Shown one piece after another: positions 10,468 to 23,800 of a stretch of 64,000 bases of DNA (within the stretch, counting starts at the first letter, position 1; every line of letters starts with the position of its first letter). Position numbers and translations under genes: made by a program. The notes beneath the pieces are model-generated. The model was not told where the DNA came from and did no database searches. It saw only the letters and a program-made list of their open reading frames with translations. Source of the DNA: Minutocellus sp. GHC0000111 (Eukaryota); assembly GCA_977018835.1 (NCBI GenBank), contig OZ361256.1:4836001-4900000 (forward strand). The letters run 5' to 3'.

Positions 10468-12843
10468 ATGACATTCAGACCGAAAACGAAACGAAACTCC
10501 TTCCACACGAGCTTTGCTCTGGTCCTATCGGTGGTGTTTCTGACGATAATCGGTCTTCTATCGTTGGTATTCAACGGTCAAGAAAGTGGTGTGAACCATT
10601 TTCATTCGTTCGAAGCATCTTCACATGACCTCATCAATGTTTTGCCCACGAGAAGAAGATTGCTCGACGACAAGGACGATGGTGCGGATTCCACAAAAGG
10701 TACGAGAGACACTGTCGGAACTATATCCCCGGCACAGTCACCAACAGCTCTTCATTTTGGCGCATCGTCGTGCGGAGAAATAATGATGCTCACACACCCA
10801 GACGAGCCGGAAGTTAGATGTGCGTTCGCTCGCACATGCAACGATGGGGAGGGCATATTTCTTTCTACCGTGTTCTGCAACAACGAACGGCTAAGCACCG
10901 CGACTTGGTGCGTACTGCTATCGCCAGCGCTCTCGCTTTGGATGGTGCTGTTGTTTCGTATGTTGGGATCGACGGCGGAAGATTACTTTTCACCGTCCCT
11001 TGAAATGTTCAGTCTCCAGCTTGGTCTGCCCCCTCGTTTCGCGGGCGTTTCGCTCTTGGCGGTGGGCAATGGTGCTCCAGACCTGAGCGCATCTATCAAT
11101 GCTATCGTGGCTGATCCAAGTAAGGGATATCGACTTATATTGGGATCACTGTCTGGTGCTGGAATGTTCATCGGAACGGTCGTCGCAGGCTCAATCATAT
11201 TTGCAACGAACGGAATCGTTTGCCGGGGAGCTTTGATACGCGACATTGTCGTGAACATGACTGCAGTAATTGTGGTATCGACGCAGCTTATGAAAGGATC
11301 AATCACCTCCAGGACGATTGCACTGTTCTTTTCCATTTATTTTGGCTACGTGGTCCTTGTCTTTGCGGCTGATATGTACCATCGATTGGTCTGTGTGCCG
11401 CAAATGAAGAAGAGTATCGAAGCCGAGGCCATAAATCTAATGGCTGTTGGAATAATATCGAAGGGAACGACTGATGAGGCAACTTATGGCGCATCGACTT
11501 CTGCGATGCCAACAATTCGTGACATTCAAACGGAGAGCACTGCTTCCAAAAATAACACGAGTCCAAGTTACCAAAAAGGAATTGATTCACCACAAGCCAA
11601 GCCATTACTTGACGAGGAAAACACAAGAGTTCGAAAACCTCGAACATCCAAAATCAGTGGGCTAATATCGTCGTTTTCGGATTATCGGCCCGAGTCTTTT
11701 CGTCTAGAGCAACCCATCGTACTACACGGACGAGATGGTGTGTTGGATAAGCATGAACATACGCACACGCACAAGCACTCGCCTCAGCATAGGCGGAGGC
11801 GAAGTAGCAGTGGCGGTGTCCTTTCGTTGGTCGGTAAAAGGAAGCACTTGACTGAAATTAACGAAGAGGACGGCCTCAGTGAGGACGAGGAAAACGCTGG
11901 AAAAGACGAGGATTCGCCTACTTTATATGTTGATGCATTCGATTATGCAGATTCTTGTTCCGGCTGGTGTGGAACATTCCAAAGAGCCTTCTTTGAACTC
12001 CGACTGTACTGGGAGGAAATCATGGATGATATCTTTTATTGCAAAGATCGAACACGAATAGACAAGTTTCTGCTGACTTGTGAATTGCCATTTACGATTG
12101 CAAGAAAGCTAACGGTCAGCATTCCCTCGGAAGGGTACTATTGCCGGCCAATTGTGGCACTTTCTCTATCAATTTCGCCGATTTGGGTTGCATTTTACTT
12201 GTCTACACAAATGGACATTGCAGTCAGTGATCATCTACATTTCCTCTATGTTGCGTGTGCCATTTCTGTCCTTGCTGGGGCTTTGATTATTCGGCATGGC
12301 GGTGTTGAATCTTTATCGCTTTGGGCGACGATTCCGGTAGCATTGTACGGTTTCGTTGTCGCAGCTACGTGGATTGATTACATTGGAGCTCACCTGGTAA
12401 GATTATTGGCGTTTTTGGGGGCAATTTGTAGAATTCCGAATCCAGTGATGGGCCTAACAGTACTTGCTTGGGGTAATTCAATGGGTGACGTATCCACAAA
12501 CGTAACAATGGCTCGCAAGGGTTTAGGAAATATGGGGACAACGGCTTGTTTTGCCGGGCCGTGCTTCACTCTTCTGTGCGGTTTGGGGAGCGGTTTCGCT
12601 GCTCTTCTTGCTTCTGATCCAAATCTCACGGCCATTAAGGTGACAATCCCCCCCAGTGTAAAGATTGGCTTCGCCTCAATCATTTGCAATTGTCTGCTTT
12701 TGATTTTGAGCGGCTTACTTGTCTTTAGGAGAGGCGGAAAGATAGGGACATCTCATGCTTATTTGATGTTGATGCTTTACGTTTCGTACTTGGCTGCTTG
12801 CATTGCGCTCCAATTTACCAATGTTGTTAAGAATAGTTTGTAG
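10468..12843 (+). CDS. Cation/Ca2+ exchanger, CCX/NCLX (SLC8B1-like) family
   Basis: alpha1 repeat AGVSLLAVGNGAPDL, alpha2 repeat GLTVLAWGNSMGD, TAEDYFSPSL motif, two TM bundles around a long loop. Start uncertain (ORF open from 10174). Confidence 0.9.
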   Translation: MTFRPKTKRNSFHTSFALVLSVVFLTIIGLLSLVFNGQESGVNHFHSFEASSHDLINVLPTRRRLLDDKDDGADSTKGTRDTVGTISPAQSPTALHFGASSCGEIMMLTHPDEPEVRCAFARTCNDGEGIFLSTVFCNNERLSTATWCVLLSPALSLWMVLLFRMLGSTAEDYFSPSLEMFSLQLGLPPRFAGVSLLAVGNGAPDLSASINAIVADPSKGYRLILGSLSGAGMFIGTVVAGSIIFATNGIVCRGALIRDIVVNMTAVIVVSTQLMKGSITSRTIALFFSIYFGYVVLVFAADMYHRLVCVPQMKKSIEAEAINLMAVGIISKGTTDEATYGASTSAMPTIRDIQTESTASKNNTSPSYQKGIDSPQAKPLLDEENTRVRKPRTSKISGLISSFSDYRPESFRLEQPIVLHGRDGVLDKHEHTHTHKHSPQHRRRRSSSGGVLSLVGKRKHLTEINEEDGLSEDEENAGKDEDSPTLYVDAFDYADSCSGWCGTFQRAFFELRLYWEEIMDDIFYCKDRTRIDKFLLTCELPFTIARKLTVSIPSEGYYCRPIVALSLSISPIWVAFYLSTQMDIAVSDHLHFLYVACAISVLAGALIIRHGGVESLSLWATIPVALYGFVVAATWIDYIGAHLVRLLAFLGAICRIPNPVMGLTVLAWGNSMGDVSTNVTMARKGLGNMGTTACFAGPCFTLLCGLGSGFAALLASDPNLTAIKVTIPPSVKIGFASIICNCLLLILSGLLVFRRGGKIGTSHAYLMLMLYVSYLAACIALQFTNVVKNSL

Positions 12844-12948
12844 AATAACAATGGAACAACAAGTATCTGATGGATTGTGTGAATATGATATCAGCAAAGA
12901 CGAGAGGTTCTATTACCTTTAAGCCCCACGCTAGCTAGACCGCCTTGA

Positions 12949-15396
12949 TCAAAAGTTTTCCTTGTGAACCAAGATTCGACATTGAGATTTGCCTCCTGTC
13001 GCATAGTAATGCTCTGCATTTACTTTTTTGTGCAATTCTATGCAAGGACGAAGATATAGCAGGGCTACCACAGAAAAAGACACCAACAGCGTCGCCGCCA
13101 TCGTCATAGCAACGATCAAGTGCCTCGCTCAAAATTTGTTCCCAGTCTGGTCGTCCTGCAATCAGTGCATGTTGGCTGCCACGACCTTTGAAAGGATCTG
13201 CTTCCTGTACGGCTTCATCACTGTCTCTTGTAGCATATAACTTGAGAGAGAATGTTGAGGGAAGATTCTGGACGGATTCGACCAAGTCATGGGCTGCGAA
13301 GCTCATCCCTGAATACTTTCTCGATACCCATATCCCGACAACCGACTTGATTCCATTGTTCTCCTCGCACTTCGTCTTTTGCGTTCGTTCGGAAATACTG
13401 GGAGGTTGGGCAGACGCATAAAAGATATACATCATCCTTAAGAGGTGAAGGATGATGTAACAGCCAAAGAGTGCAAAATATATAACAGCATTTTGGACCT
13501 GCTTGGTTTCGATCGAGACTATTGCAAAGACCAGGGCTAGAACATCAACAATAACGAGGGTCATCTCTAAAATGCAGACGAAGGAGTAAAGATAACGCTG
13601 CCAGTAAGCGATCAGTGATAGCGCCACTTTTCCACCAATAATCAAAAGTACTAAGGATGAGACTACGATCTGTACAGCGGCGCCAGATACCTTCATTTCT
13701 CCAGGACCGGAATCACTCGGTTCGACGACAAATGGATCTGGGATAATGTGAAAGAGGTAGAGGACCACACCAATCGTCTCCATAAATATAGAAAAGCAAA
13801 ATAGAGCTACGTTCACTGTCATTGACTCCAGAACACTGGCTCCGTATGCTGCTCTTGCCCTAAGGGTCTCGAGCGACACGCCCTCAAAAGCAGCTACATC
13901 GACGTGGCCGGGATGTTCGACGAATGAGTTCAATAATCGCTCTTCCATTTCTCGATTGGTTAGCGCCCGTCGACTGCTACGGGTCGCACTATCACCACTC
14001 CTGTCGTAAATGCTACTTGTTTGGTCCTCCGCAAGTTCTGGGTCAACTTTTGGTGCCTCATTGACGATGTGATTGAAAGAAGAGGCGTAACACCTATCCC
14101 ACTCCCAATCACAACCAAGTGATCGAAATCATTATAATTCTGTGCCGGAGCACCGAATGGACCTCTAAGACCAACCTCAGCAATAATCTTTGTACCATTG
14201 GAATATTGATTGTTTGGGTTTCTGGAAGCCAGCTCGTATAGCGCCGATGTCCACTTGCCGGATGATTTTACAAAGAACTCCACATGTCCATATTCTTTGC
14301 TGTCCTTCCCATTGCTGGGTGCACTTGCAATTGTAAAGGGATGCCATTCCGATTTCGATATCTCCGGTATATTTATTTCTGCATACTGTCCCGACTGATA
14401 GACAAACTTGGGATTGCGGATAACCATTTGGACGACAAGATTATTTTCGCCACCCTGATGAGTTTCCAGGTGGACTACTTCAGCTTTGTAATTTGCAATT
14501 TTGACTCTTCGAAAGAAGCTATCTAGCACGTAAAGGATCAAAGGAAGGCCAACGAAATATAGCAGTATCGGCATACCAAGATATGTGCCGTGAATGATGA
14601 GGAGTGGTACCCCCGCGATGATCCCAAAGAGATGGCAGGCCCAGAAAACACGAAAGCCAAGAGTCGTCCGGCGAATCTTTTCCAACGTTGTGACGAAAAA
14701 GAGCGCAAAGATGAATAGCAGAAGTGCTCCCGTCACCAATAGTTGGCCGGTTGCAAGGCCGTTTCCAAGAGTCCAGAATTCTTTAAACTCGATTTCTAGT
14801 GCTCCAGTTGCATAGTTGACGATTTGAGGCGCCGAATGGATGATACATCCCATGAAAATTATTGTTTGAGCAACAATTCGATGGTAGTATGGCATGACTT
14901 TGTCAATTGGAAACCACTGGGCCAGAGGCGTCTTTCGTAGCTGCGTCCAAAAGTACTTGCATCCCGAGAGGAGGATAAGGGCCGAGTTCCACGTAACGAG
15001 CCTTCCGGATGCACGAGCGATTGGGAGAGTGATCCGAAGAATGTCACTTGGGGTCTCAAACTGAGGCTTGGTGAATTGCCATGTACCCCAGGCCGCAATG
15101 CAAATGTCAAGAGCCAGGAGCAAAGAGAGGAAGACAATGTTGGGTCCATGATTGAAGAAGAAGGCCTCCCAGTTGGCCCATCGATGAGTTGTTGTCTTTG
15201 CGTCGGTGCCAAGACGCGGGGGCTTGCTCATCATTAGGTATTGCTTGGACTGGTCGCCCTCCATTCGAATCAATGCAATCTGTTCTGCTGATGATGATGA
15301 GTTCGGCGGATTGACTTTTCCTCTCATCCCTTTCCTTTCCCTTTTGTCTTTTCCCTTCTCTTTCCCCTTCTTTGAGGCGGATGGACGGACAGACAT
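12949..15396 (-). CDS. NADPH oxidase / ferric reductase (algal NOX type with TM insertion in the NADPH-binding domain); two frameshifts
   Basis: Ferric-reductase TM domain with heme His residues, HPFTIAS (FAD), GPFGAP, GSGIGVTP, GVFFCGSP. Correcting shifts at about 14070 and in the T6 run at about 13024-13029 joins the ORFs and gives the canonical HKENF* end (stop 12949-12951). Confidence 0.85.
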
Positions 15397-15579
15397 TATT
15401 GGTTACCGCTTCCTATCGGTAGCACTCCTCAATTGAAGTTTCTGGGTACCGTAGCCTCAACTCTTAAATTAGAGGAGTACTTATCATCATCCTATCGGTA
15501 TTGGGATATGAGCTCTCAAGTTTTCCACCATCTCATGTTGTCCCCCCGTATCGTTTTGATTTGAGTAGAGACCGCCAAG

Positions 15580-16219
15580 ATGGTAAGAGAGTTGGAGACG
15601 ATGCGACGTGGTTGAAATGCAAAGGGTGATGTCGGCGTGGTTAGCGGCGGGTGTATCTGCCGGACAATTCGATCGGAGCGGCGAAATTCCCCATACGAGA
15701 TGGGGTGCTCTCCGGAGCCCCAAAAGGCGGGACTACGGACCACCTTCACCAATGAATATGCTTGAGTGTGACCGCTGTGCACTGTTTCCTTTCGCTCACA
15801 CGCCATTCCCTCCCTCCTCATTTTATTCCTCGTCATCGTAATGTTTGATCTGTGGTGCGTTGATCCCGATGTGATTACAGCCTCCCAAAGTCCAGCAGAA
15901 GTCGAAGGAGCAGAAGATGGCCGCCGCCATGGCCGGCGGCAAGGGCAAGAAGAAGAAGTGGTCAAAGGGAAAGTCCCGCGACAAGGTCGACAACAAGGTT
16001 CTTTTCTCCAAGGAGCAGTACGACCGATTCCAGAGCGAGGTTCCCAAGATGAAGCTCATCACTGTTTCCGCTGTCGTTGAGAAGCTCAAGATCAGCGGTG
16101 GTCTCGCACGGCGGGCACTCAACGAGATGGCCGAGGAGGGCAAGATCCGCCCGGTCCTTGTCTCCCGCGCACAGAGAATTTACACCCGCAACATCGGCGA
16201 CGATGATGAGGAGGAGTAA
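15580..16219 (+). CDS. RPS25: 40S ribosomal protein S25 (eS25); ATG-only exon 1, intron 15583-15880
   Basis: ATG|GTAAGA...TTACAG|CCT gives MPPKVQQKSKEQKMAAAMAGGKGKKKKWSKGKSRDK...LKISGGLARRAL...IYTR. Confidence 0.97.
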
Positions 16220-16579
16220 ACTCGCGCAGCCTGTAAATAAATAAAAAAGTAGAAAAAGCACACACGGGACTTTTATCTGAATCCTCCGCTCTCACGTTGT
16301 CTTCCAGCAAGGCTTGTTGACCCTCGACCCCGAGCGCAACCGCTGGTATGGTGTGGGGTGACAGGAACCAACATTCTCCAGAATCACCACCTAATATGTA
16401 ATTCAACATAATCCCTCTACTCGAGCTACGTATTGGGTAGATTTTGCGAACTTACGCCCAATGCTCGCTCTCGAGCAACAGTGACAAATTAAACTTTTTT
16501 TCTTGCTTTTCGAGCTCGTACTAGACCTATTAATATGTCTTACATCACATAGAATTACTGGTAAAATTTTCTATAAGAC

Positions 16580-18583
16580 TTACTCATTCTCATAATGTGT
16601 GAGGCGGTAAAGTAGACACTTTCCTTGGTCGTTGCCAACCGTCATGTACTTGCTTCCCGGGCTGAAGTCCATGCTCCAAACATAGTTCAGGGGCGTCTTG
16701 GAGGTGGGCCAGTTGGAGAACACGGTCGATGTCGGTACATGCAGAAGCTTCATACTATTCTTCTCCCGACGGGAGGACATGGCAAGGATCTGGCCATCGT
16801 GGTTAAACTTGCAGTAATCGGCAGACGTTTGGAGGTTCATGATGGACTTGATTGGATCTCGCTTGGTACTGAACGATCCAGATGACATGGATGTTGCCCG
16901 GTCGTTGTACATGTTGACAACGCCACTCTCAGCGCCGACGGCGAGGAAACGGGATGATGCCGACAGCGAAGACGTGACGGTTCCGTCCTCGTTCTTGAAT
17001 CTATCTACGCATCGCTTGCTCCTAATATCCCACCTGGAAATACATGTCATATTGTAGTAGGGGATATAGCAATTAGTGACGAGGCCACAACAAAAATTAA
17101 TCACACAAAAAAAACGCAGCAACATTCAATCCAAACAAACTTACTTGTACACTTCTCCATCACCACCGCTTGCAATGACATGCTCCCCATCCGGTGTAAA
17201 CGTCACAGCACGAGCGCTGCCATTCATCTTCAAGTCAGCAACCCACAGCTTGGACTTGGCCTCGACCAAAATAATGTACCCATCGTTACCAACGAAGGCG
17301 ATGAGTCTTCCGTCTGGCGACGTAGCCATAGTCTCGAGACTTCGCTCCTCTCTTCCTGGAATATTCGGGACACGGTCGACCTTACCGGCAACTGCATCGT
17401 AAACATAAAAGTGGGGGCGGCGACTACTCACAACGACGCTACCGCTATCTCCGAGGAAGGAGGCTGAATAAATGGGAAAGTTTGGAAAATGAATTCCGTG
17501 AACCTTTTCATTCGTATCGCCGTCGATTCGAAAGAATCGTAAAGTCTTATCAAGCCCCGCCGTCAAGAGGAGAGGTGCATCTGGGTCAGCTCCAGGATGA
17601 AACTGCACCGATGATACAACGGATTTGTTAGGATCGGACAAATTGGCATCAGGACACCGAATCGTCTTGAGAATATTGGGAGGAAGCTTCGACGATGTCG
17701 ACAAGAGACATGCTGTTGACGCAAGGATACTGGATGCCGACGGACCATAATCGTCGTCATCGGAATCCGACTCATCGGAGGCGCGTTCGTTCCCTTCCTC
17801 CTCTGCAGCAAGGGCACCAACATCAGCCCAATCGGTTCGTACTGCCGCCCCTGCGGTCTTCTGGTATCTCTCTCGAAGACGTTTTTGATAATCCTTCCCA
17901 GTCAGCTCCTGCGTCTCATCCAACGTCTTAGGAAGCTTGCGCAGTCGATCAGATGACATGAGAGATACTGCCACATCTTCATCATCTTCATCCACCCAGG
18001 CAGCCTTTGGTTCGTTGTCATCGCCATGTTCTTCATCGACACTTTCATCGTCATGATTGGCGCCATCGTCTTCATCAGAATCCTCCCAAGCAGGCCGACC
18101 CTCATTCATTGCTTCAGCTCCACCTTCGTCTTCGTCACTAGCATCAGCGCCAGTGCGATCAATCTGGAAGAGACCAGCTGGTGCATCGTCCACATCACCG
18201 TTATCATCGTTTTGGTTCGAGGAAACAATCTTGCTAAAGACATCATCTCCTTTACCAAATGCACCGCCCTCAAAGTCACCACCGCCGCCAAAGATTTCCT
18301 CCGTCAGCCTGGCCTCTTCGGCCCGATCCCGTTCCACCCCCGCGCGTTTCGCATCCTTGATCCGCTTGCGTTCGAGGCGTTCCCTGTCAGCAAGGGTGTG
18401 GGCACCACCTTCATCGTCCGAGTTGGTGGGCGCCTTCTTCTTCTTCCTGTGCTTCTTCTTGGACTTGGCTGGATCTTGGCCCATATGTGCCGCCGTCAGA
18501 GGCGACGAGAATTTAACATCATCCTCCTTGGTGGCAGCCTGAGACTTGCTCTTGCCTTTCGATTTGCTGGGACCCTTGGCCAT
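16580..18583 (-). CDS. UTP18: U3 snoRNA-associated protein 18 (WD40); intron 17034-17144
   Basis: AAWVDEDDE, LRERY, VQFHP, LLLTAGLDKTLRFF, LLHVPTSTVFSNWP, DFSPGSKYMTVGNDQGKCLLYRLTHY; GTAAGT...TTCCAG intron in phase. Confidence 0.92.
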
Positions 18584-18820
18584 CGTTGCTCTTGGGATTG
18601 AATGGATGAGGAGTCGGATTGACTGACTTGTTCGACTCACGGGTGGAGGAAAGACCACAGAGACGGATGATGATAAAACCCGCCGATAAAGCCGGATGCT
18701 CCTTGTTCCGATTAGATCTATGCATGTTATATAGATGCAGATGTATGTCATGTTATTTTACTACAGGTGGATTTACTAGCGTCAATATCTGGCTGCCGTT
18801 CGCGGCTGGCTTAGGAATTC

Positions 18821-19719
18821 CTAGATCTCAAAGGCATCACCGCTGAAACTTTTTCTCCTCCAGACGAATGGCTCACTGTATCGATCTTCGTTGCGACTGA
18901 TCCGAAGACCCTCATCACAATACGTTGTTCTCATTACAACCTCTGACGACCCAGGCGCGGCACGTTCCAGGCATCGCCACTGGGAAAGGGTGGTGCATTC
19001 TCATTCAAGAAGGCCCCCAGCGGACCCAGCTTTTTTAGAACTGTGCTCTCTTCTGGCTTTGTGGATTCGATCTTTAGACGAATGCCGTCCAAGCCCTCGA
19101 TGCCGTTGATTGTGGCGCGGGTTGTCATTATCGATGTTGCCATTCCTCCCAGTGTCGCAACCTTGACTCTAGATACAAACGTGCCTGATGCACTCCGACC
19201 GTCATTCGAAACCTCCATTTCGATATGCTGGAACGCAGGGCCAACCTCCTTGACTGGGGCCGGAATAGAGTCAGTAATACCAAAAATTTGACCAGACTCA
19301 TCAGGGAACGCCTTGCGGAAAGCCCAAAAGAATGGTGAGGATCGAGTGACGTCCTCTGGGGAGTACAGCAGTTCCCACTCTCCGGAGAGAAGACCAGAGT
19401 TGGACGATGCTTGGCCGACGCCGACTTGCTCCCCAAGCATTTCCAGTTCCGCAACAAGGTCCTGCATTCTGTCCAGAGGCGCCTTCTCGGGTTGAGTGCA
19501 CATTCGGACCAGATCAGCTTTACAGCTTTCCAGTTCCTCAACTGCCGAACCCGAAGGAGCAGTGAAGGTATCGCCGCTGGTATCGGACGGTTCACTGAAC
19601 AATATTGAAGTTTTTGTCCGAAAAAGATACGCTGCCTTTGGGTTCTGCGGTTGTGCCATAAAGGCACCAGCCATCGGCACCGACGCCAGGGCGACGAAAT
19701 GATAGGTGGAAATCTTCAT
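18821..19719 (-). CDS. Plastid lipid-associated fibrillin (PAP_fibrillin) family protein; 1-bp frameshift near 18970
   Basis: Signal peptide ending AGA|FM, LLSGEWELLYS; the corrected C-terminus reads ..ALERAAPGSSEVVMRTTYCDEGLRISRN...AFEI*. Confidence 0.85.
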
Positions 19720-20068
19720 GATGTTGTGCTTTTGGCTGCGTGGAGCTCTTGAATTACTCTCTCCGACCAGCGGAAATGCATGTATGGCAAGAGACCGCGC
19801 GGCGAAGTCGAAACGCACGGCGAAACTCGCAGTTGTTTCTCCTCGTTTCGGGGTGATTGGTAATCTAACTTCACAATTTCATACAGTAATTGTGTGGTAT
19901 TCATACAGTAATTGTGTCATGAGATTCCAGCACGGCGTGGACCGACCAACGCAACGTGGGATGCTTACACAGACGACTCAAAATACCAATACACCGTGGA
20001 AGTGAGTGTCCATAGAGGCGTGGCGAGCGTGAAATATCTGGCGTGGATGATTCGAAGATGCTGTGAAA

Positions 20069-20803
20069 ATGAATGGCTACATACATGGTAATCCTTGTTG
20101 CTGCATGTACATGTACAACAATCCAACTACATATCATTTCGTAGACTTTCGCAAGATGAACAGCAAATACTTTGGTCTGGCCCAGATGGCTGGTGGTTTT
20201 GCTACTTCTCTCAAAGAGAAGTGCGCATGCATACCAGTGGAATGGTGTTGTATTGGCTTTGGTAATGTCACAACTGACGCTGTGATCGATGGTTCGCGCC
20301 ATCATGATCTATGGCTTCAGAGCGAGCAAATGTCGTGCCTCAATAAGTATGAGCAGAAACCTCTTGTTGAGGATATTGATTTCAACGATTTGAACAAAAG
20401 ATCTATGAACAATCAGTCCGTGCCTTATTCAAACCATGGCTACTATTCTTCACGGGAAGACATCGACGACGATGACCATGACGATGCAGAAGACATTCCT
20501 TTCTTGAATTCATACTTTTCTCCAAGTGAAATGTCTACTCCTAGTTCATCCAAGTCTCGGGCCTACCGAATGAGACTTGGCGTTCGCCGTGGCCTCAAGG
20601 GTGTATCGCGCAAGCTCCGCAAAGATAGATTCGAGAAAAAATGCCAGGTGCCGAACGCGATCACGCTGCATGAGTCAGCAAGTGAATATCCATCTCAAGA
20701 GCTATCGCAATCTCACTTTCTTTATCCTCTGAAAGAAGAAGCCTCATCAAAGAGTAGTGCTAATGAAGACGAATCAATCGACACATCAACTAGACTTGTT
20801 TAG
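20069..20803 (+). CDS. Hypothetical protein (about 244 aa)
   Basis: Open frame with Cys-rich N-terminus and acidic/basic low-complexity C-terminus; no recognisable domain. Confidence 0.45.
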   Translation: MNGYIHGNPCCCMYMYNNPTTYHFVDFRKMNSKYFGLAQMAGGFATSLKEKCACIPVEWCCIGFGNVTTDAVIDGSRHHDLWLQSEQMSCLNKYEQKPLVEDIDFNDLNKRSMNNQSVPYSNHGYYSSREDIDDDDHDDAEDIPFLNSYFSPSEMSTPSSSKSRAYRMRLGVRRGLKGVSRKLRKDRFEKKCQVPNAITLHESASEYPSQELSQSHFLYPLKEEASSKSSANEDESIDTSTRLV

Positions 20804-20899
20804 CGAGAAAAGTCCTCTCAGATAAATAAATGTAGTAAATTCAATCGATGATACATGTAAATCAATCCAACTACATACATACCCCTATTTCGAATCACA

Positions 20900-23800
20900 C
20901 TAATATTCTTGCATCTCAACATCAGATCCATCTGTATTTTCCTGCAACGACACCGCTGTATTTGACGTCCAAAGCTTGATGGTAGAATCTCTCGAAGTTG
21001 TGAGGAAGGTTCTACCATTTCCGCAAGAAGCAATTCCCATTATTTCTGCCTTGTGGTGTTGAAACATCCGAAGACAGACCCCAGTGTCGACATCCCACAT
21101 CCTTGCCGTTCTATCATGGCTCCCACTCAGTATGGTGCTTTCATCAAAAGCACAGACTGAACTTACCGGCCCTGAATGTCCAATAAAATTTTGAATACAC
21201 AAGCCGCTTCTGAATTCCCAGAGCTTGACACTCGAATCGTTACCTCCACTCAAAAATTTATCCCCTTCCTCGAAAGTAGAAACACATAAAACTTGGCCAC
21301 GATGGCCAGAGAATGATCGGAGGTATTCTCTTTCTTCAGCCACAATTTGTTCTCGGATTCGAACACCACCACTATCAGGAGCTCTCACATCCCAAGCAAC
21401 AAGTCCACTACAATGTTTACTCTCGCCGAAACTTCCCACGTTCTGAATCGAAGAGTGACAGCCCTCGAAATCAAACGACACCTGAGAGTCGTCGCCGGGC
21501 GATAAAGGATGTCGCTTGGTACTGGTAATGTTCCAAACCTTGATAGTGGAATCGTCACTCGTGGACAAAAAGAGTGGTTCGTCCTTGAAACAACACACAG
21601 AGTTGATAGGTTGCGAATGACCCTTGAAGACACGAATATTTGCTCCTGTAGCAGTATCCCATAGACGAGCTTGTGCGTCAATGTGGCCAGATATAAATAG
21701 AGTGCCGGCTATTTTGTCAAGAGAAGCGACGCAGGTGACGGGGCTGTCACTCAGGTACGTCCGAACGCATTCCTTGTCAGAGATCTGAAAAAGTCTCAAT
21801 ATGCCATCTTTTGAACCCGTTACAACGTAGATCAATTCCTTGTTTTCGGCATCATCATCATCATCTGGTAGAGTGTTGGCAGTGTTGGAACTCATCATTG
21901 AGATAACACTTGAGTCGCTCCTTCTTCTGGCAGTCTTTTCGTTAATTGTGGTCGGAGGAGAATATCCAGCTTTCGCCAACAATGTCATGCATGTGACCTT
22001 ATGCTTGTGCTTGTATTTTCGAATGTAATTTCTTCGTACGCGATGCTGTGCCGGTGATGGGTCCCAATATCGCACGGTATGGTCGTGAGAAGCAGTCAAA
22101 AAGTTGGGAGAAATTAGTTTCGCCATCATACTCGCCTTGTTCTTGTTCAGCTGGACCTCCATGGCTTGCATATTGCCGTCCATGCAATTCAACGCCCCAA
22201 GTGTGCAGTTGGTTTCATCCTGCAATGCTGCTGCAGAAGCAGCACTCTCGGAACATTTTGCGGTCGAAATCGGTAGCACAACTATCGCCGAGACGGGTCC
22301 ATGATGACCTCGGTACGTTTCCTTGCACCATGCTCCCGTTTCGACAATATCGTTCCGTTCATCGTACGCCTCTGCAATTTTAATCAACGTATCGTAGAGC
22401 GACGTGCACAGGTTGAACATTGCGAGGGACGTGACCGTATCGGAATCGTAGTAATCATCTATGAGAAATGTCAAGATGACCTGGGGTATATCCTCGACCA
22501 AGACTGTCCCCAGCAGGACCCAGCCGATGCTAATGCCTTCAATGTTGAGTGCTCGAAAGAGTGGGGCTACCACCCGTCCATCCGTGGCCAGAATCAGCCA
22601 CGACAATGTCCCAAAGATGCAGCTGGCAAGAAGGATGGTGAGCAGATATCCCGGCACGAGCTTGTTACCGTCATCATCAAGCTGCCGTATGCTCTGGAAG
22701 TAGTAGAGCCAGTCTGCGACCACGTCAAAGTCTGCTGCGGCGCTGGTCAGCACGGATATGGCTTTGAACTTTTTCCGCTTCTGATGCTGCTGCGCGTGCG
22801 CCCCAGCCCCTGCTTCCCCTGCTGCCAACGCCTCTGTCGATACCTCTGCCTCTGCAACGGTAATGTTCCAAACCTTGATAGTGGAATCGTCACTCGTGGA
22901 CAAAAAGAGTGGTTCGTCCTTGAAACAACACACAGAGTTGATAGGTTGCGAATGACCCTTGAAGACACGAATATTTGCTCCTGTAGCAGTATCCCATAGA
23001 CGAGCTTGTGCGTCAATGTGGCCAGATATAAATAGAGTGCCGGCTATTTTGTCAAGAGAAGCGACGCAGGTGACGGGGCTGTCACTCAGGTACGTCCGAA
23101 CGCATTCCTTGTCAGAGATCTGAAAAAGTCTCAATATGCCATCTTTTGAACCCGTTACAACGTAGATCAATTCCTTGTTTTCGGCATCATCATCATCATC
23201 TGGTAGAGTGTTGGCAGTGTTGGAACTCATCATTGAGATAACACTTGAGTCGCTCCTTCTTCTGGCAGTCTTTTCGTTAATTGTGGTCGGAGGAGAATAT
23301 CCAGCTTTCGCCAACAATGTCATGCATGTGACCTTATGCTTGTGCTTGTATTTTCGAATGTAATTTCTTCGTACGCGATGCTGTGCCGGTGATGGGTCCC
23401 AATATCGCACGGTATGGTCGTGAGAAGCAGTCAAAAAGTTGGGAGAAATTAGTTTCGCCATCATACTCGCCTTGTTCTTGTTCAGCTGGACCTCCATGGC
23501 TTGCATATTGCCGTCCATGCAATTCAACGCCCCAAGTGTGCAGTTGGTTTCATCCTGCAATGCTGCTGCAGAAGCAGCACTCTCGGAACATTTTGCGGTC
23601 GAAATCGGTAGCACAACTATCGCCGAGACGGGTCCATGATGACCTCGGTACGTTTCCTTGCACCATGCTCCCGTTTCGACAATATCGTTCCGTTCATCGT
23701 ACGCCTCTGCAATTTTAATCAACGTATCGTAGAGCGACGTGCACAGGTTGAACATTGCGAGGGACGTGACCGTATCGGAATCGTAGTAATCATCTATGAG

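Noticed and set aside
15583..15880. Long RPS25 intron as a snoRNA host
   Set aside because: No convincing C/D or H/ACA box arrangement found by eye.
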